Made by a program: the position numbers and the translations under genes. DNA of 64,000 nucleotides from an uncultured delta proteobacterium (GTDB taxonomy: Bacteria > Desulfobacterota > Binatia > UBA9968). The notes beneath the pieces are model-generated. The model worked only from the letters and a program-made list of their open reading frames with translations, had not been told where the DNA came from and searched no databases. Positions 1-10,949 of the stretch are shown here, piece by piece. How positions within the stretch are numbered: position 1 is the first letter of the stretch; each line of letters starts with the position of its first letter. The stretch covers positions 128,001-192,000 of the forward strand of contig CAWJZV010000034.1 of NCBI GenBank assembly GCA_963847445.1, in the 5' to 3' direction.

Positions 1-10
1 AACACGATGA

Positions 11-1042
11 ATGATGCGCGTCGCGATGTACTACAACAACCGGGACGTTCGTCTCGAAGAACTGCCGGTTCCGAAGATTGGTCCCGGCGAATTGCTGTTG
101 CGTACGCGAGCGAGCGGGGTTTGCGGCAGCGACTTGATGGAGTGGTATCGCATCAAGAAGGCACCGCTGGTCCTGGGCCATGAGATTACCGCCGAAGTCG
201 TAAAACTGGGCGCGGGCGTCGATACGTTTAAGGTCGGCGATCGGGTTTTCTCCACTCACCATGTGCCGTGCGGCACAGTGCCGCTATTGCTTGGCCGGGC
301 ATCAATCGGTTTGCGACCTGTTGCGCACGACGCATTTCGAGCCTGGCGGCTTTGCCGAGTACATTCGCGTGCCGAAGATTAACGTCGAGTTGGGGACGTT
401 GCGCATTCCCGATTCGATGACCTTCGATGAAGGCTCGTTTATCGAGCCGTTGGCGTGCGTCGTGCGGGCGCAGCGATTCGCCAAGCTCGCGCGCTGGGCA
501 GACGGTTTTGGTGATCGGCAGCGGTATTTCCGGCTTGCTGCACGTTCAGCTCGCCAAGGCGCGCGGCGCGGCTCGCGTTATCGCCACCGATATCAGCGAC
601 TATCGATTGAATGCGGCCAAACAGTTCGGCGCCGATGCGACGATTCACGGCGCGGAAGACGTGCCGGCGCGGCTAAAAGAATTCAACGACGGCCGCCTGG
701 CCGACCTGGTGATCGTTTGCACCGGCGCCATGCCGGCGATTCAGCAGGCGACGAAATCGATCGATCGCGGCGGGACGTTGCTTTTCTTTGCGCCCACCGC
801 GGCGGGCGTCGATGTGCCAATTCCGCTGTTCGATTTCTGGCGCGATGAAATCACCGTGGTCACCTCGTACGCCGGCAGCGGCGACGATTTGAAAGAATCG
901 CTTGGAACTAATCAGTGATCGCAAGGTGCGGGTTGCCGACATGGTGACGCACCGATTGCCGCTGGCGGAGACGGGTGTGGGTTTTCAATTGACGGCGAGC
1001 GGGCAGGATTCGATCAAGGTGATTATCGATCCGTTGCTTTGA
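11..1042 (+). CDS. Zinc-dependent medium-chain alcohol/sugar dehydrogenase (threonine/sorbitol dehydrogenase-like), split by frameshifts
   Basis: Catalytic Zn motifs GVCGSD and GHE; structural CxxCxxCx7C across a frameshift; Rossmann VIGSGISG; ORF pieces 11-382, 261-848 and 427-918, with the C-terminus ...SIKVIIDPLL* ending at 1042. Confidence 0.9.
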
Positions 1043-1071
1043 CCGGGCGCAGCGTGCCGCGCCCCTGCCGG

Positions 1072-2058
1072 TTATTTCCCGATTCCCAATTCTTTTCTCG
1101 CCTTGTCCAAGAAACTGTAGTCGACGACATCAGCGACGGTCACCGGCTTGGTGACCTTGGCGCTGTCGCGGGCGAGGTCGATGAGGACTTGGACCGATTC
1201 CGGTTTGACGTAGGCGTCTTTGGTCAGCACGCGACCGACTTGGCGCGACATTTCGGCGGCCATCTTGCGGTCATTCACTTTCCATTGTTTCATCAAGATG
1301 TTGGTCACGGCTTCCTGGTTGTTCTTATCCCAGACGAATTGCAGGCCGCGCAGGGTGGCGCGTACCATGCGGTAGACTTCGTCAGGGTTTTCGCGGATGC
1401 GTTTGTCCGAAGTGCCGAAGCCGTTCTGGGGAAATTCGATGACGTCGCCGAGAAAAAGCAGTTCGTTATAACCCTTTTCCTGGGCGATGATGTTTTCCGG
1501 CACGGAAATCAGCGATGCTTCGACGACGCCGGATTCCAATACGGCGAGCCGGCTCGCGGCGTTGCCGGACATTTGCAGGACCGAAACGTCCTTGCCGGGC
1601 TCCAGGCCGATTTGTTTGAGCGCTTGATTGGCGAGTAGCGTCGCCGAGCCGCCGGGCGAACTGCCGGCGATTTTTTTGCCTTTGAGCTGCTTCAAGTCTT
1701 TGATGTTTTTCTGGCCGATCAAAAATAGCAGCGGTTTCGACACGGTGAAGAGCAAGACTTTCATCGGCCGGCCTTGGACTGCGGCGCCGATGGTGCCGGT
1801 GACGGCGCCGTTGAAGTCGACGTCGCCGTTCAACACCGCCGTGCTGGCCAAGTTGGCCGGCATGAAAATGATCTCCAGGTCGATGCCTTCGTCTTTGAAA
1901 AAGCCGCGATGGAGCGCCGTGTAGAGCGCGAGGAATGAGACATTGGTCGACGAGCTGGCCATGCGGACTTTTTTGAGGGTCTGGGCGTCATGGACGGCAC
2001 GAGTAGCCAGCACTGCGGCAGAAAGACGAGAATGCCAATGATCAACGCTTTTTTTCAT
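1072..2058 (-). CDS. ABC-type substrate-binding protein, NMT1/SsuA/THI5-like
   Basis: GFFKDEGIDLE, AVLNGDVDF and LKGKKIAGSSPGG motifs; signal-peptide-like N-terminus. Confidence 0.88.
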   Translation of the reverse strand: MKKSVDHWHSRLSAAVLATRAVHDAQTLKKVRMASSSTNVSFLALYTALHRGFFKDEGIDLEIIFMPANLASTAVLNGDVDFNGAVTGTIGAAVQGRPMKVLLFTVSKPLLFLIGQKNIKDLKQLKGKKIAGSSPGGSATLLANQALKQIGLEPGKDVSVLQMSGNAASRLAVLESGVVEASLISVPENIIAQEKGYNELLFLGDVIEFPQNGFGTSDKRIRENPDEVYRMVRATLRGLQFVWDKNNQEAVTNILMKQWKVNDRKMAAEMSRQVGRVLTKDAYVKPESVQVLIDLARDSAKVTKPVTVADVVDYSFLDKARKELGIGK

Positions 2059-2094
2059 GATTTCTGTCTCCATCGGTCTAGGCGTCAAATTAAC

Positions 2095-2121
2095 CTGGAT
2101 TCCCGCGTTCGCGGGAATGAC
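2095..2121. repeat. REP-like palindrome CTGGATTCCCGC-N4-GCGGGAATGAC
   Basis: Perfect ATTCCCGC/GCGGGAAT stem; second copy at 7195-7220. Confidence 0.8.
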
Positions 2122-2158
2122 GGATAAAGCGCGAGTTCCTCAGTGTTGGATCGATTTC

Positions 2159-4067
2159 TCAATCGAGCTGGCTCCACTCTTTGAATTCTTCGAGCCCCAA
2201 CTTTTGCAGCGTGTCCATGTATGGCCGGCCGGTGTGTTCGTGGCGGCCGGAGATTTTGTAATATTCGTAAACCAACTCAGGCAGCCACTTGGCGATGGTG
2301 AAGCCTTTGTACTTGCCGTCGGGGATCGGTTCCAAAAAGCGCGGACCGACGTCTTGCCAGTCATGTTCGGCGATCCAGCCGCGCTGGGTGCCGAAGACGC
2401 TTTGTAAAATAATCGCGCGGTGGCCGGCGTCGACGAGTTCGTCCAAATTCACGTCCCAACCGGTGGTCGCGTTGAGCGCATCGAGCATGCTCTGCACGCC
2501 GTCAGGCGGTTTGTCGTTTAACGCGAACCAGCAGCCGCCCATGATGCCGCAGGCCTGGCGGACCTTCTCGGTAATTAAATGCGAACTGGTCCAACCGTCC
2601 GGTTGATTGGGATCGAGCGGGCCCCATTTTTCCCGGTATTTCAAATCGGCGGGCGGTTCGGTGCCGCCGGCGCCCTGGGGCTTCATGCCGCCGCTGGCGA
2701 CCAGTTCGCGGAGCATTTGGCTCAAGCATCGGCCGCCACTCATGCTGGGCCGGCGTGCCGCCTTTGGTGTGCACCACCCAGTTCTTGGCTTCGCCGCCCA
2801 GCTCTTCCGCCAGCTCTTTGGGACCGTCGGCGAGAATGTTGCCGAGCCAGGTTTCGCGCCGGGCGCAGCGTTCGAGCAACGTCTCGACCGCGTCCATGTC
2901 GCCCCATTCCAACTTCAAGCCGTCGGTCTTGTCGGGGCCGAGCACGCCTTTCTCCCAGGCTTCGAAGGCGAGCCCGGCGCCGCAGGCGAAGTGGCTGCAC
3001 TCGATGCCGAGATCGTTGATGCGTTCGGAGAGATAGAGCACGTCGTTGCCTTTGAAGCCAAGGTTGTAAAACGTGTCCATCCACTCGCTGCCGGCGTTGA
3101 AGTGGCCGATCTTGCCTTTGAAGCGGCCTTCGCCGATCTCGACATCCCATGGGCACATGCGCGGGCATTGAAAGCAGGGACGCAGCGTGACGCGATTCTG
3201 ATCGAGCCCCTTGGCTTCGTCGGTGATGATCGTGCTGCGCCAGTTCAACTTCGTAATCGCGCCCCAGTCCTCGCCATGGCCGACGCTGGTGAGCCGTTTC
3301 TTCACGGTGGTCTTGCGCGACGCGATCGCTTTGGACCAGCGCACGCCGGCGTCGATTAATCTGTTTTTGTCATGCAAGCGCGGCCGCTTGGTGCCCCAGG
3401 CGACCAAGGCTTTGAGTTTCTTCGAGCCCATCACCGCGCCCAGACCGTGCGCCGCGGTGTGATTGTAGTCGTTGACCAGCATGGCGGCGCGCACCAGGTT
3501 TTCACCGGCGGGACCGATGGCGCCGACGCGCGCGTCTTGATGGCCGGATTCTCTGCGCAGGGTGTCTTCAGTTTCGCGAATGCCCTTTCCCCAAACCCCG
3601 CTCGCGTCGCGCAGCTCGACTTTGTCCTCGCCGATGTAAAGATACTTGGGTGTCTGCGCCGCGCCGGTGACGATGATGCCGTCGTAGCCGGCGCATTTTA
3701 ACGACGTGCCGAAATAGCCGCTGGTGGCGCCGCGGCCGAGGGTGTACTTGGTCGCCGGACTCAAATAGACGAAACACATCTTGGTGCCGCCGGGAGTGAA
3801 CCCAGTGCCGGTGATCGGGCCGGTCATGCCGACGATGACATTGCGGGCATCGTAGGGATCGATGCCGAGGGGCAGTTCGTTGAGCAAGACATACTCGGCA
3901 AAGAGTTGGCCGCCCCAATATTTTCTTAGCAGCGGTTCTTCGGGAAGATTGATGTCGGTGAGTTTTCCCGCCGTCATGTCGACGCGCAGGATCTTTCCCA
4001 TGTAGCCGCCGGGCAAACGGGTTTTGCGTACGCTCGGAAAGAAGTTGACGTATTCGGGGTTTGCCAT
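2159..4067 (-). CDS. Aldehyde ferredoxin oxidoreductase family tungstoenzyme, divergent paralog 1 (frameshift near 2730)
   Basis: GYMGKILRVD N-terminus, IGPAGEN, GAVMGSKKLKA, CxxCxxxC (CFQCPRMC) and distal GGC; ORFs 2502-4067 plus 2159-2743. Confidence 0.9.
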
Positions 4068-4092
4068 CGTGTGCCTCGATTAAGTTAAGACT

Positions 4093-4199
4093 CGTTCCAA
4101 TAGTTCCAATCGTTCCAGATGTTCCAAATGTTTCGGATGCTGTCGCTCCGCTATTCCGTAGTCCTTAAACGACTGGAACTTTTGGAACGGCATGGAACG
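4093..4199. repeat. Imperfect hairpin of tandem 9-bp units (CGTTCCAAT / TTGGAACG)
   Basis: Left arm has 4-5 GTTCCA units and right arm has TGGAAC units; related copies at 5288-5441 and 13078-13161. Confidence 0.8.
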
Positions 4200-4216
4200 C
4201 GAACGCGCAGCGTTCG

Positions 4217-5273
4217 CTAATCCGCCGCTGCCCATAACACTCGATCCGCCGGCAGGTCTATATCTAATCTCTCCCAGCTGTCGCCCTGGTCGCGGCTGAT
4301 CATTAGATCGCCGGCGCCGCCGGCACCTGACGCGTGGCCGCGGGCGACATTGCCGAAGCCGGCGAAGACCGATTTGTGATCGGTCGGATGATGCACCAGC
4401 GCCCAGACCATGGAGTCGAGTTCTTCGGCGAGGCCGTTGGTAACGCGGCTCCAGGATTGCGCGCCATCGGTGCTTTTGAAGATCGCCGCTCTGGCACCGC
4501 GATTTTCTCGACGCCAGAAGCCCGGAGAGGCGTCGGCGGCGCCGATCAGCATGGTCGCTGGCTCACCGTTGCCCTGCGGATTCGAGAAATAGAAAATCGT
4601 GGAAATAGTCGCGGGTCATGCCGTTTTCCGCGCGAGTCCAACCGACTTCCGGTTTGTCGCTGGTGAAGAAGCCGCGCGCGCTGGCGACATAGTAGCGGTC
4701 GGCACGTTTGGGAAAGTTGGCGATCACATGGATGTCGAGATAGTCGATGCCTTTGCTGACATCTTCCCAGGTGGCGCCGCGGTCGAAGCTGCGCACGATG
4801 CCGCCATGCTCGAGGCATAAGTAAATTGTTTGCGGATCGTCCGGATGAATATGAATGTTGCGCACATGGCCATGGTGCGGCGCTTGCGGATACCACCAGT
4901 TCTTGCGCACCGACTGCGGCAGCTTTTTCAACGCGGTGATTTCTTGCCAACTGTTGCCGCCGTCTTCGCTGCGAAACAGACCCACCGGCTCGATGCCGGT
5001 GTAGACGACTTTGTCGTCGCTGGCATCGACGGTGACCGAGCGGATATCGCCTTCGAATACCTTCGCCCAGCTCTTGCCGCCATTGGTCGTGCGATAGAGA
5101 CCGTCATGGGTGACGCCGACGAACACGGTCTCCGGCGACTGCTTGCAGCCGTGAATCGAATCGATGATGCCGTCTTCGAAGTGACGCGCGACTTCCTGCC
5201 AGCCGGAGTCCGTAGACTTCCAGGCGATCAAGCCATGTTGGGTGCCTGCGTATAATCGTACGCCTTCGCTCAT
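4217..5273 (-). CDS. BNR/Asp-box beta-propeller protein (frameshift near 4560)
   Basis: Repeated SxDGGxSW boxes (TTNGGKSW, SEDGGNSW, SFDRGATW, STDGAQSW, SRDQGDSW); GGAGG RBS; no signal peptide. Confidence 0.85.
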
Positions 5274-5287
5274 ATTAAACCTCCTGG

Positions 5288-5441
5288 GGTTCCAATGGTT
5301 CAATCACTTCGTTCCGTTCAACCGCTACGCTCCGTTCAACCCCCACCTGTGTCCTCCCCCGCGAACGCGGGGGAAGGATTCGGAAGTGTACCGAGTGCAA
5401 CGAGTGGAACCGACTGCGAACAGCTTGGAACGATTGGAACG
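5288..5441. repeat. Tandem-unit hairpin element with nested CCCCCGC-GAAC-GCGGGGG palindrome
   Basis: GTTCCA/GTTCAA units on the left, TGGAAC units on the right, internal perfect stem at about 5356-5373. Confidence 0.75.
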
Positions 5442-5453
5442 CTCTTTCCGTTC

Positions 5454-6183
5454 CTACGGAAACAGTTCTATTCTCCCCGTGCCGCCTTGATTGATCCCAC
5501 TGCGATTCGATGCGCGAGAAAAATTCCCAAGCCCGGTTGGCGCGGCGCTCGAAGTCGATCTCGGCATTGAAAGTTTTGCATTCATCGGCGCTAAAATGCT
5601 CCACCGGGCCGAGCGCTGCGGCTTGCATGGTTTTCTTGGCGTCGTCTTCCAAGATCAACGACGCGAACAAGACTTCCGCCAAACTCTTGCCGGCGACGAC
5701 GATGCCGTGGCCGCGCATGAGCAGGGCGCGGTGGTCGCCGATGGTTTTCAGCATGGCGTCGCCGCGTTGCGGCGTGGTGACCAGATGGGCTTCCTTGTAG
5801 AGCGGCACGCCTTCGCCGAAGACCGTGCCTTGCAGCGTCACCGGGTGAAACTCGCGCTTGGCGATGGCGAACAGTGTCGCGTAGGGCGTGTGCAGGTGAG
5901 CGACGGCGAGAGCATCCGAGCGCGCCCCGTGCAGCGCCGTGTGAATCGGCCACTCCACCGGCGGCGGAATCGTGCCGGTGGTCGGCTTGCCGCTCAGATC
6001 GATGGGGATCATGTCCGATGCCGTGAAGTTCGCCTTGTCCGAGCCCGAACCGGGAGTGACGAAGATCGTCTTAGTTTCCGGCTGAAACACGCTGACATGG
6101 CCGAACAGGCCGATGAGCCCCTGCATGGCGAAGATTCTCGTGCACGTTGCGAGCTGCTCGCGTAGTTGCTGTTCCGATGCCAT
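5454..6183 (-). CDS. Class II aldolase/adducin family protein
   Basis: GHVS, EWPIH, AHLH (HxH) and RGHG metal-binding motifs; the true C-terminus GRIELFP* is reached through a frameshift. Confidence 0.88.
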
Positions 6184-7182
6184 CTACTTGGTTCTCCTTT
6201 GTGCGGCTTCCAGTTCCTCTTTGACTTCCTTGACCAGCTGTAAGTGCAGCAGCCGTTCCGGCGCAATATCTTCTTTGAAGCCGAGGGGGATCTTAATATC
6301 GTATTCGAGAAAGTTCTTGATCCCTTCGGCCGACGGCATGCCTGGCACGCCTTGGGGCAGGGCGCGCACGTAGTTCTTCGTGCCTTCGACGATCATCGCT
6401 TTCGAGGCTCTGCCCAGTTGAAGTTTCTTCATGGCCAAATCGACGGCCTCTTCGGGCCGGTCGCGCACGAACATCAACGCACGTATCGCCGCGCGCAGCC
6501 AGCGTTTCACCTGCGCGGGATTGTCGCGCAGCTTGCGATCGGTGGTGACGAAGCCTTGGAAGGGCATGGGAAACAAGTCGCCGAGAAAACCCAACGACAC
6601 GAGGCCTTCTTTTTGCGCGAAGACCAGGCCGCCGGGATCGACGATGGCGGCGTGCGCCGCGCCGGTTTTGATCGCGGTGATCCGAGTATTGGTGTCCGAG
6701 CCCATGGAGATGCGAATCATCTCGCGCGACGCCACGCCGCCGCGCTCGGCGAACATGGTCATCATGCGATCCTGGGTGTCGCCGGGGCTGCCGACGGCGA
6801 TTCTTTTGCCCTTCAAATCGGCAGCGGTCCTGATGCTCGGGTCCGCGACCAGGTAGAAGGTGACCTTCTCGGTCTGAAAATAGATGCCCTTCACCGGCGC
6901 GCCTTTCAGTGCGGCGCGCATGCCGCTGCCGCCACCGCCGCTAAAATCGACGTCGCCGCTAAGCAATGCGGCGGTGGCGAGGGGACCGGAGATGACCACG
7001 GTTTCGTTCTCCAAGCCTTCGTCTTTGAAAAAGCCGCGGGCGTCGGCGACGTGGATGGAGAGGTAGTTTAGATTCGCCTGAGGAATTGCGGTGCGAATTT
7101 TTTCGGCGTGGGCGATGATTGGCGGACGAAAGCGTGATTGCCGCGACGAAAATTGCCAGAGACGGAACAACCCAGGTTCCAC
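6184..7182 (-). CDS. ABC-type substrate-binding protein, NMT1/SsuA/THI5-like
   Basis: GFFKDEGLE, ALLSGDVDF and DLKGKRIAVGSPG motifs; start position uncertain. Confidence 0.85.
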   Translation of the reverse strand: MEPGLFRLWQFSSRQSRFRPPIIAHAEKIRTAIPQANLNYLSIHVADARGFFKDEGLENETVVISGPLATAALLSGDVDFSGGGGSGMRAALKGAPVKGIYFQTEKVTFYLVADPSIRTAADLKGKRIAVGSPGDTQDRMMTMFAERGGVASREMIRISMGSDTNTRITAIKTGAAHAAIVDPGGLVFAQKEGLVSLGFLGDLFPMPFQGFVTTDRKLRDNPAQVKRWLRAAIRALMFVRDRPEEAVDLAMKKLQLGRASKAMIVEGTKNYVRALPQGVPGMPSAEGIKNFLEYDIKIPLGFKEDIAPERLLHLQLVKEVKEELEAAQRRTK

Positions 7183-7194
7183 TCGGAGCTGGGT

Positions 7195-7220
7195 CTGGAT
7201 TCCCGCCTACGCGGGAACGC
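7195..7220. repeat. REP-like palindrome (second copy)
   Basis: CTGGATTCCCGC-CTAC-GCGGGAA matches 2095-2121. Confidence 0.75.
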
Positions 7221-7272
7221 CGAACCAAGGAGTCGGTCGCTTTGAGGTGCCATTGCGCAGCTGAATTCGACG

Positions 7273-8080
7273 TTAAGAGAAATACCGATAGAGCAGCCGC
7301 TTCGGGTGAGTGATCGCGAGCCACAGAGCACGCATCTTGCCGGCGATGCCGCAGCGCGGCGTGAACAGGTCCTTCAACATCAAGCCGAGCGGGATTTTAT
7401 GCTTGGGAAATCTGCCGGCGGCGATGTCGCGCACGCCGTATTTGTCTTTGCCTTCCTTCAAGACATAGACGACGCTGCCGCCACCGGCTTCTTTGTCGCC
7501 GTAGGTGTAGCCGCCCACCGCTTCGGCCTGCTTCTTGGCTTTGTCGGCGATCTCTTCGGTGAAGCCGAAGTCGAAAGCGTTCACCGGACAGGCCTGAACG
7601 CAGAAGGGCTGCTTGTCCTCGCTGATGCGGTCGCTGCACATGGTGCACTTGCTCGCCTTGCCGGTGATCTCGTTCTTGGTGATGACTTCCCAGGGACAGG
7701 CGTGGATGCAGTATTCGCAGCCGATGCAGACATCCTTGTTGATGACCACCGGGCCTTCTTCGTACTTGGTAATCGCCTCGACCGGGACAAACCGCGGCGC
7801 AGGCGGCGAAATCGCAGTGCATGCAGCTGTTTCGCGCCCAGATCGGCGACAACCCCTCGAGCACCGGCGGTTCCATGGTGATCCAGTTGGTGCTGGAGAG
7901 TTCGTAGGCGCTGGTGCGGTCGTGGTCGTTCCAATCCTTGCACGCCTGCACGCAGTGACGGCAGCCGATGCATTTGGTCGCGTCGAATAAAATGCTGCGC
8001 GGCTTGCCATCGAGCAGCCGGCCAGTGGGCACCAGGTTGCCGTATTCTTGAGTCAGAGTGTCCGTCGGTTTGTTCGCCAT
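7273..8080 (-). CDS. 4x[4Fe-4S] electron-transfer subunit (DmsB/FdnH/AorA-like), frameshift near 7790
   Basis: CIGCRHCVQAC, CMHCDFAACAAVCP, CIGCEYCIHACP and CTMC...CVQACP motifs. Confidence 0.9.
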
Positions 8081-8143
8081 GCGGGTCCTTTCGCGCTTAC
8101 TTTCAGCGTGGGTGTATCACTTAACCTTTTGGCGCCGTCAACA

Positions 8144-8193
8144 GAATGGCAGTGAGCAATGGATAATTGATAATGGAGAATGGAAAATGGAAG
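8144..8193. repeat. Heptamer tandem repeat (AATGGAN)
   Basis: aatggat aattgat aatggag aatggaa aatggaa; same family as 58443-58524. Confidence 0.7.
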
Positions 8194-8283
8194 ATTGACC
8201 TGCCGATTGGACGCTTGTGTTTTGCTAGCTGTCCCGACTAGCATGCCGTTAACTATTGCTTCGGATCGGGAAGGGGATGTCAC

Positions 8284-9024
8284 ATGGCTTCTGGAACATG
8301 GCGAGGGATTGTCGGTGTGGTGAAACCGACTTATGGCTCGGGATCGTTGGTGGAATTTATTCGACTCCTGCCGGAAGGGGTTGGCTGCATTCCAATGTAC
8401 GCCGGCATCAAGGAACATTCGGAACGCGGCTATCTCGGCGCCATGGAAAATTATCATGCAAAGGTCGCGGAGCTGGCGGAGATCGGCGTCGATCTTATGC
8501 ATCCCGAGGGCGGGCCGCCGTTCATGGTGCGCGGCCATAAGGCGGAGCAGGAGATCGTCAGCGCCTGGGAGGCCAAGTATAAAGTGCCGATCTTCACGTC
8601 AGGGATGTCGCAGGCCCAGGCGCTGCGCGCTTTAGGGATCAAGAAGTTTGTCGGCTGCACTTATTTCCGTGATCAGAAGATGAACGATGTCTTCACGCGC
8701 TACTTCACCGACTGCGGCTTCGAAGTGTTGGGCATGGAAGGCATGGACACCTCGCCCAGCGAAGCGGATGGAATTTCCAACGAGACGATTTACCAGCATC
8801 TCAAAGCGTCGTTCAACAAACATCCGACGGCGCAGGGAATTTATCTGCTCGGCTCCGGCGCCTGGGGGATGAAGGACATCATCGCCGCGGAGAACGATCT
8901 CGGCGTGCCGGTGGTTCATCCGGTCGCCGCGCGGGTTTGGTATGTGCAGAAGTTGTTGAAGAATTAACAATCCGTTGAAGGGCGCGAGCCGGTTGTTGGA
9001 GGAGTTGCCATCAGTCGCTGGCTA
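8284..9024 (+). CDS. Maleate cis-trans isomerase / arylmalonate decarboxylase (Asp/Glu racemase) family protein
   Basis: VGVVKPT, ALRALGIKK, GFEVLGM and ENDLGVPVV family hallmarks; the C-terminus probably extends to TAG at 9024 through a frameshift. Confidence 0.8.
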
Positions 9025-9035
9025 GCGATATGCGC

Positions 9036-10922
9036 TCAGTCGAGTTGGCTCCACTCTTGGAATTCTTGGAGGCCCAGTTTCTCCAGCGTGTCTTTGAACG
9101 GTCTGCCGGTGCGCTCGTGCCGGCCGGATTGTTTGTAGTAGTCCCAGATCATGTCCGGCAGCCACTTGGCGATGGTGAAGCCTTTGTATTTGCCGTCGGG
9201 GATCGGTTCTAAAAATCTTGGGCCGACGTCTTGCCAGTCGAAGTCGGCGATCCAGCCGCGCTGGGTGCCGAACAGGCTTTGCAGGATCATGCTGCGGTGG
9301 CCGGCTTGTAGCGCTTCGTCCATGGAAAAATTCCAGCCGGTGATGGCGTTGAAGGCGTCGACGATGGAATTCAAGCCGTCTTTTTTGTGGCTCTCCTGGG
9401 CGAACCAGCAGCCGCCGAAGATGCCGGTGAATTGCCGGTACTGTTCGGAAAGCACATGGGACCAGACCCAGCCTTCCGGGTTGTCCATTTCCAGCGGACC
9501 CCAATGTTCGTTGTCGCGCAGATCCGGCGGCGGATTCTTCGAACCGCCGCCTTGCGGCTTCATGCCGCCGCTGGCGACCAGCTCTCGTAACATTTGACCG
9601 AGCAGCGGGCGCCATTCGTGCATCGCCGGCGTGCCGCCTTTGGTGTGGACCGCCCAGTTGGGCGCGTCGCCGCCGAGGGCTTCGGCCAATTGCTTCGGTC
9701 CTTCGGCGAGCAGATTGCCGAGCCAGCCTTCGCGGCGCGCCGCCATGTCGAGCAATTTACTGACGGCCTCGACGTTGCCCCATTCGAGTTTCACGCCGTT
9801 GGTGCGGTCCGGACCGAGCAGGCCTTTCTCCCACGCTTCGAACGCTACTCCGGCGCCGCAGGAAAAGTGGCTGCACTCGATGCCGAGATTATTGATCTTC
9901 TCGGCGAGATAGAGCACGGCATTGCCTTTGATGCCGAGATTGAAAAAGGTATCGAGCCACTCGCCGCCGGCGTTGAAGTGAACCACCGTGCCTTTGAATT
10001 CGCCCTCGCCCAACTTGGCGTCCCAGGGACACATGCGGGCGCACTGAAAGCAGGGACGGAGCACGACGTCATTGTCGGCGAAGCCGGCGATATGCGCCGG
10101 TTGAATGTCGGTGCTGCGCCAGTTCAAATTATTCAGCGCGCCCCAGGCGTCGCCGTGGCCGTACTTGGTTTTCTTTTTCTTGACGTCGTGTTGCTGCAAG
10201 ACGTTGCGCCAGCGCAGGCCGGCGTCGGCGAGCTTGGCTTTGTCGCGATGGCTCGGCCGCAGCGAGCCGCTGACGACGATGGCTTTGAGTTTTTTCGAAC
10301 CGAGCACGGCGCCGCCGCTATGGGCGGCGAAATGGTTGTAGTCGTTGGCGAGCATGGCGCCGCGGTTCAGGTTCTCACCGGCGGGGCCGATGCACAGCAC
10401 TCTGGCGTCGCGGTTGCCGACGATCTCGCGCAGGCGGTCTTCGGTGTCGCGGGTGCCGAGGCCCCAGACTTTCGCGCCGTCGCGCAATTCCGCCTGGCCG
10501 TCTTTGACGTAAAGATAAACCGGTTGCGCTGACACGCCTTCGACGATCACGCCATCGTAGCCGGCGGCTTTGAGATAGGTCGCCCAATAGCCGCTGGTGG
10601 CGCCGCGGCCGAGCGTCTTGTTGGTTAACGGACTCAAGTAGACCGCGGTCATCTTCGTGCCGCCCGGCGTGAAGCCGTTGCCGGTGAGCGGGCCGGTCAT
10701 CATGACCACTTTGTTTTCCGGGCCGAAGGGCGTGGCGTCGAGCGGCAATTCGTTCATCAAAATATACAGCGCCAGCGCCTGGCCGCCGATGAATTTTTTC
10801 AAGATCGGCTCTTCGGGCAGATTCTCGTCCGTCAGTTTGCCGGTGGTCAGATTGACGCGGAGAATCTTGCCCATATAGCCGCCGGGGAGGGGAGTGGTGC
10901 GCTGTGCCGGAAATAGATTCAT
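9036..10922 (-). CDS. Aldehyde ferredoxin oxidoreductase family tungstoenzyme, divergent paralog 2 (intact)
   Basis: Same motifs as 2159-4067 (CFQCARMC, GSKKLKA); near-identical C-terminus ...EWSQLD. Confidence 0.92.
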   Translation of the reverse strand: MNLFPAQRTTPLPGGYMGKILRVNLTTGKLTDENLPEEPILKKFIGGQALALYILMNELPLDATPFGPENKVVMMTGPLTGNGFTPGGTKMTAVYLSPLTNKTLGRGATSGYWATYLKAAGYDGVIVEGVSAQPVYLYVKDGQAELRDGAKVWGLGTRDTEDRLREIVGNRDARVLCIGPAGENLNRGAMLANDYNHFAAHSGGAVLGSKKLKAIVVSGSLRPSHRDKAKLADAGLRWRNVLQQHDVKKKKTKYGHGDAWGALNNLNWRSTDIQPAHIAGFADNDVVLRPCFQCARMCPWDAKLGEGEFKGTVVHFNAGGEWLDTFFNLGIKGNAVLYLAEKINNLGIECSHFSCGAGVAFEAWEKGLLGPDRTNGVKLEWGNVEAVSKLLDMAARREGWLGNLLAEGPKQLAEALGGDAPNWAVHTKGGTPAMHEWRPLLGQMLRELVASGGMKPQGGGSKNPPPDLRDNEHWGPLEMDNPEGWVWSHVLSEQYRQFTGIFGGCWFAQESHKKDGLNSIVDAFNAITGWNFSMDEALQAGHRSMILQSLFGTQRGWIADFDWQDVGPRFLEPIPDGKYKGFTIAKWLPDMIWDYYKQSGRHERTGRPFKDTLEKLGLQEFQEWSQLD

Positions 10923-10949
10923 CTTCGTATTGCCTTCTGTGATCATCAC

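Noticed and set aside
2159-10922. Class II benzoyl-CoA reductase BamB
   Set aside because: No bamC-I-like Hdr/Nuo modules or benzoate-CoA ligase nearby, and I cannot identify BamB-specific residues. Left as an unassigned WOR.
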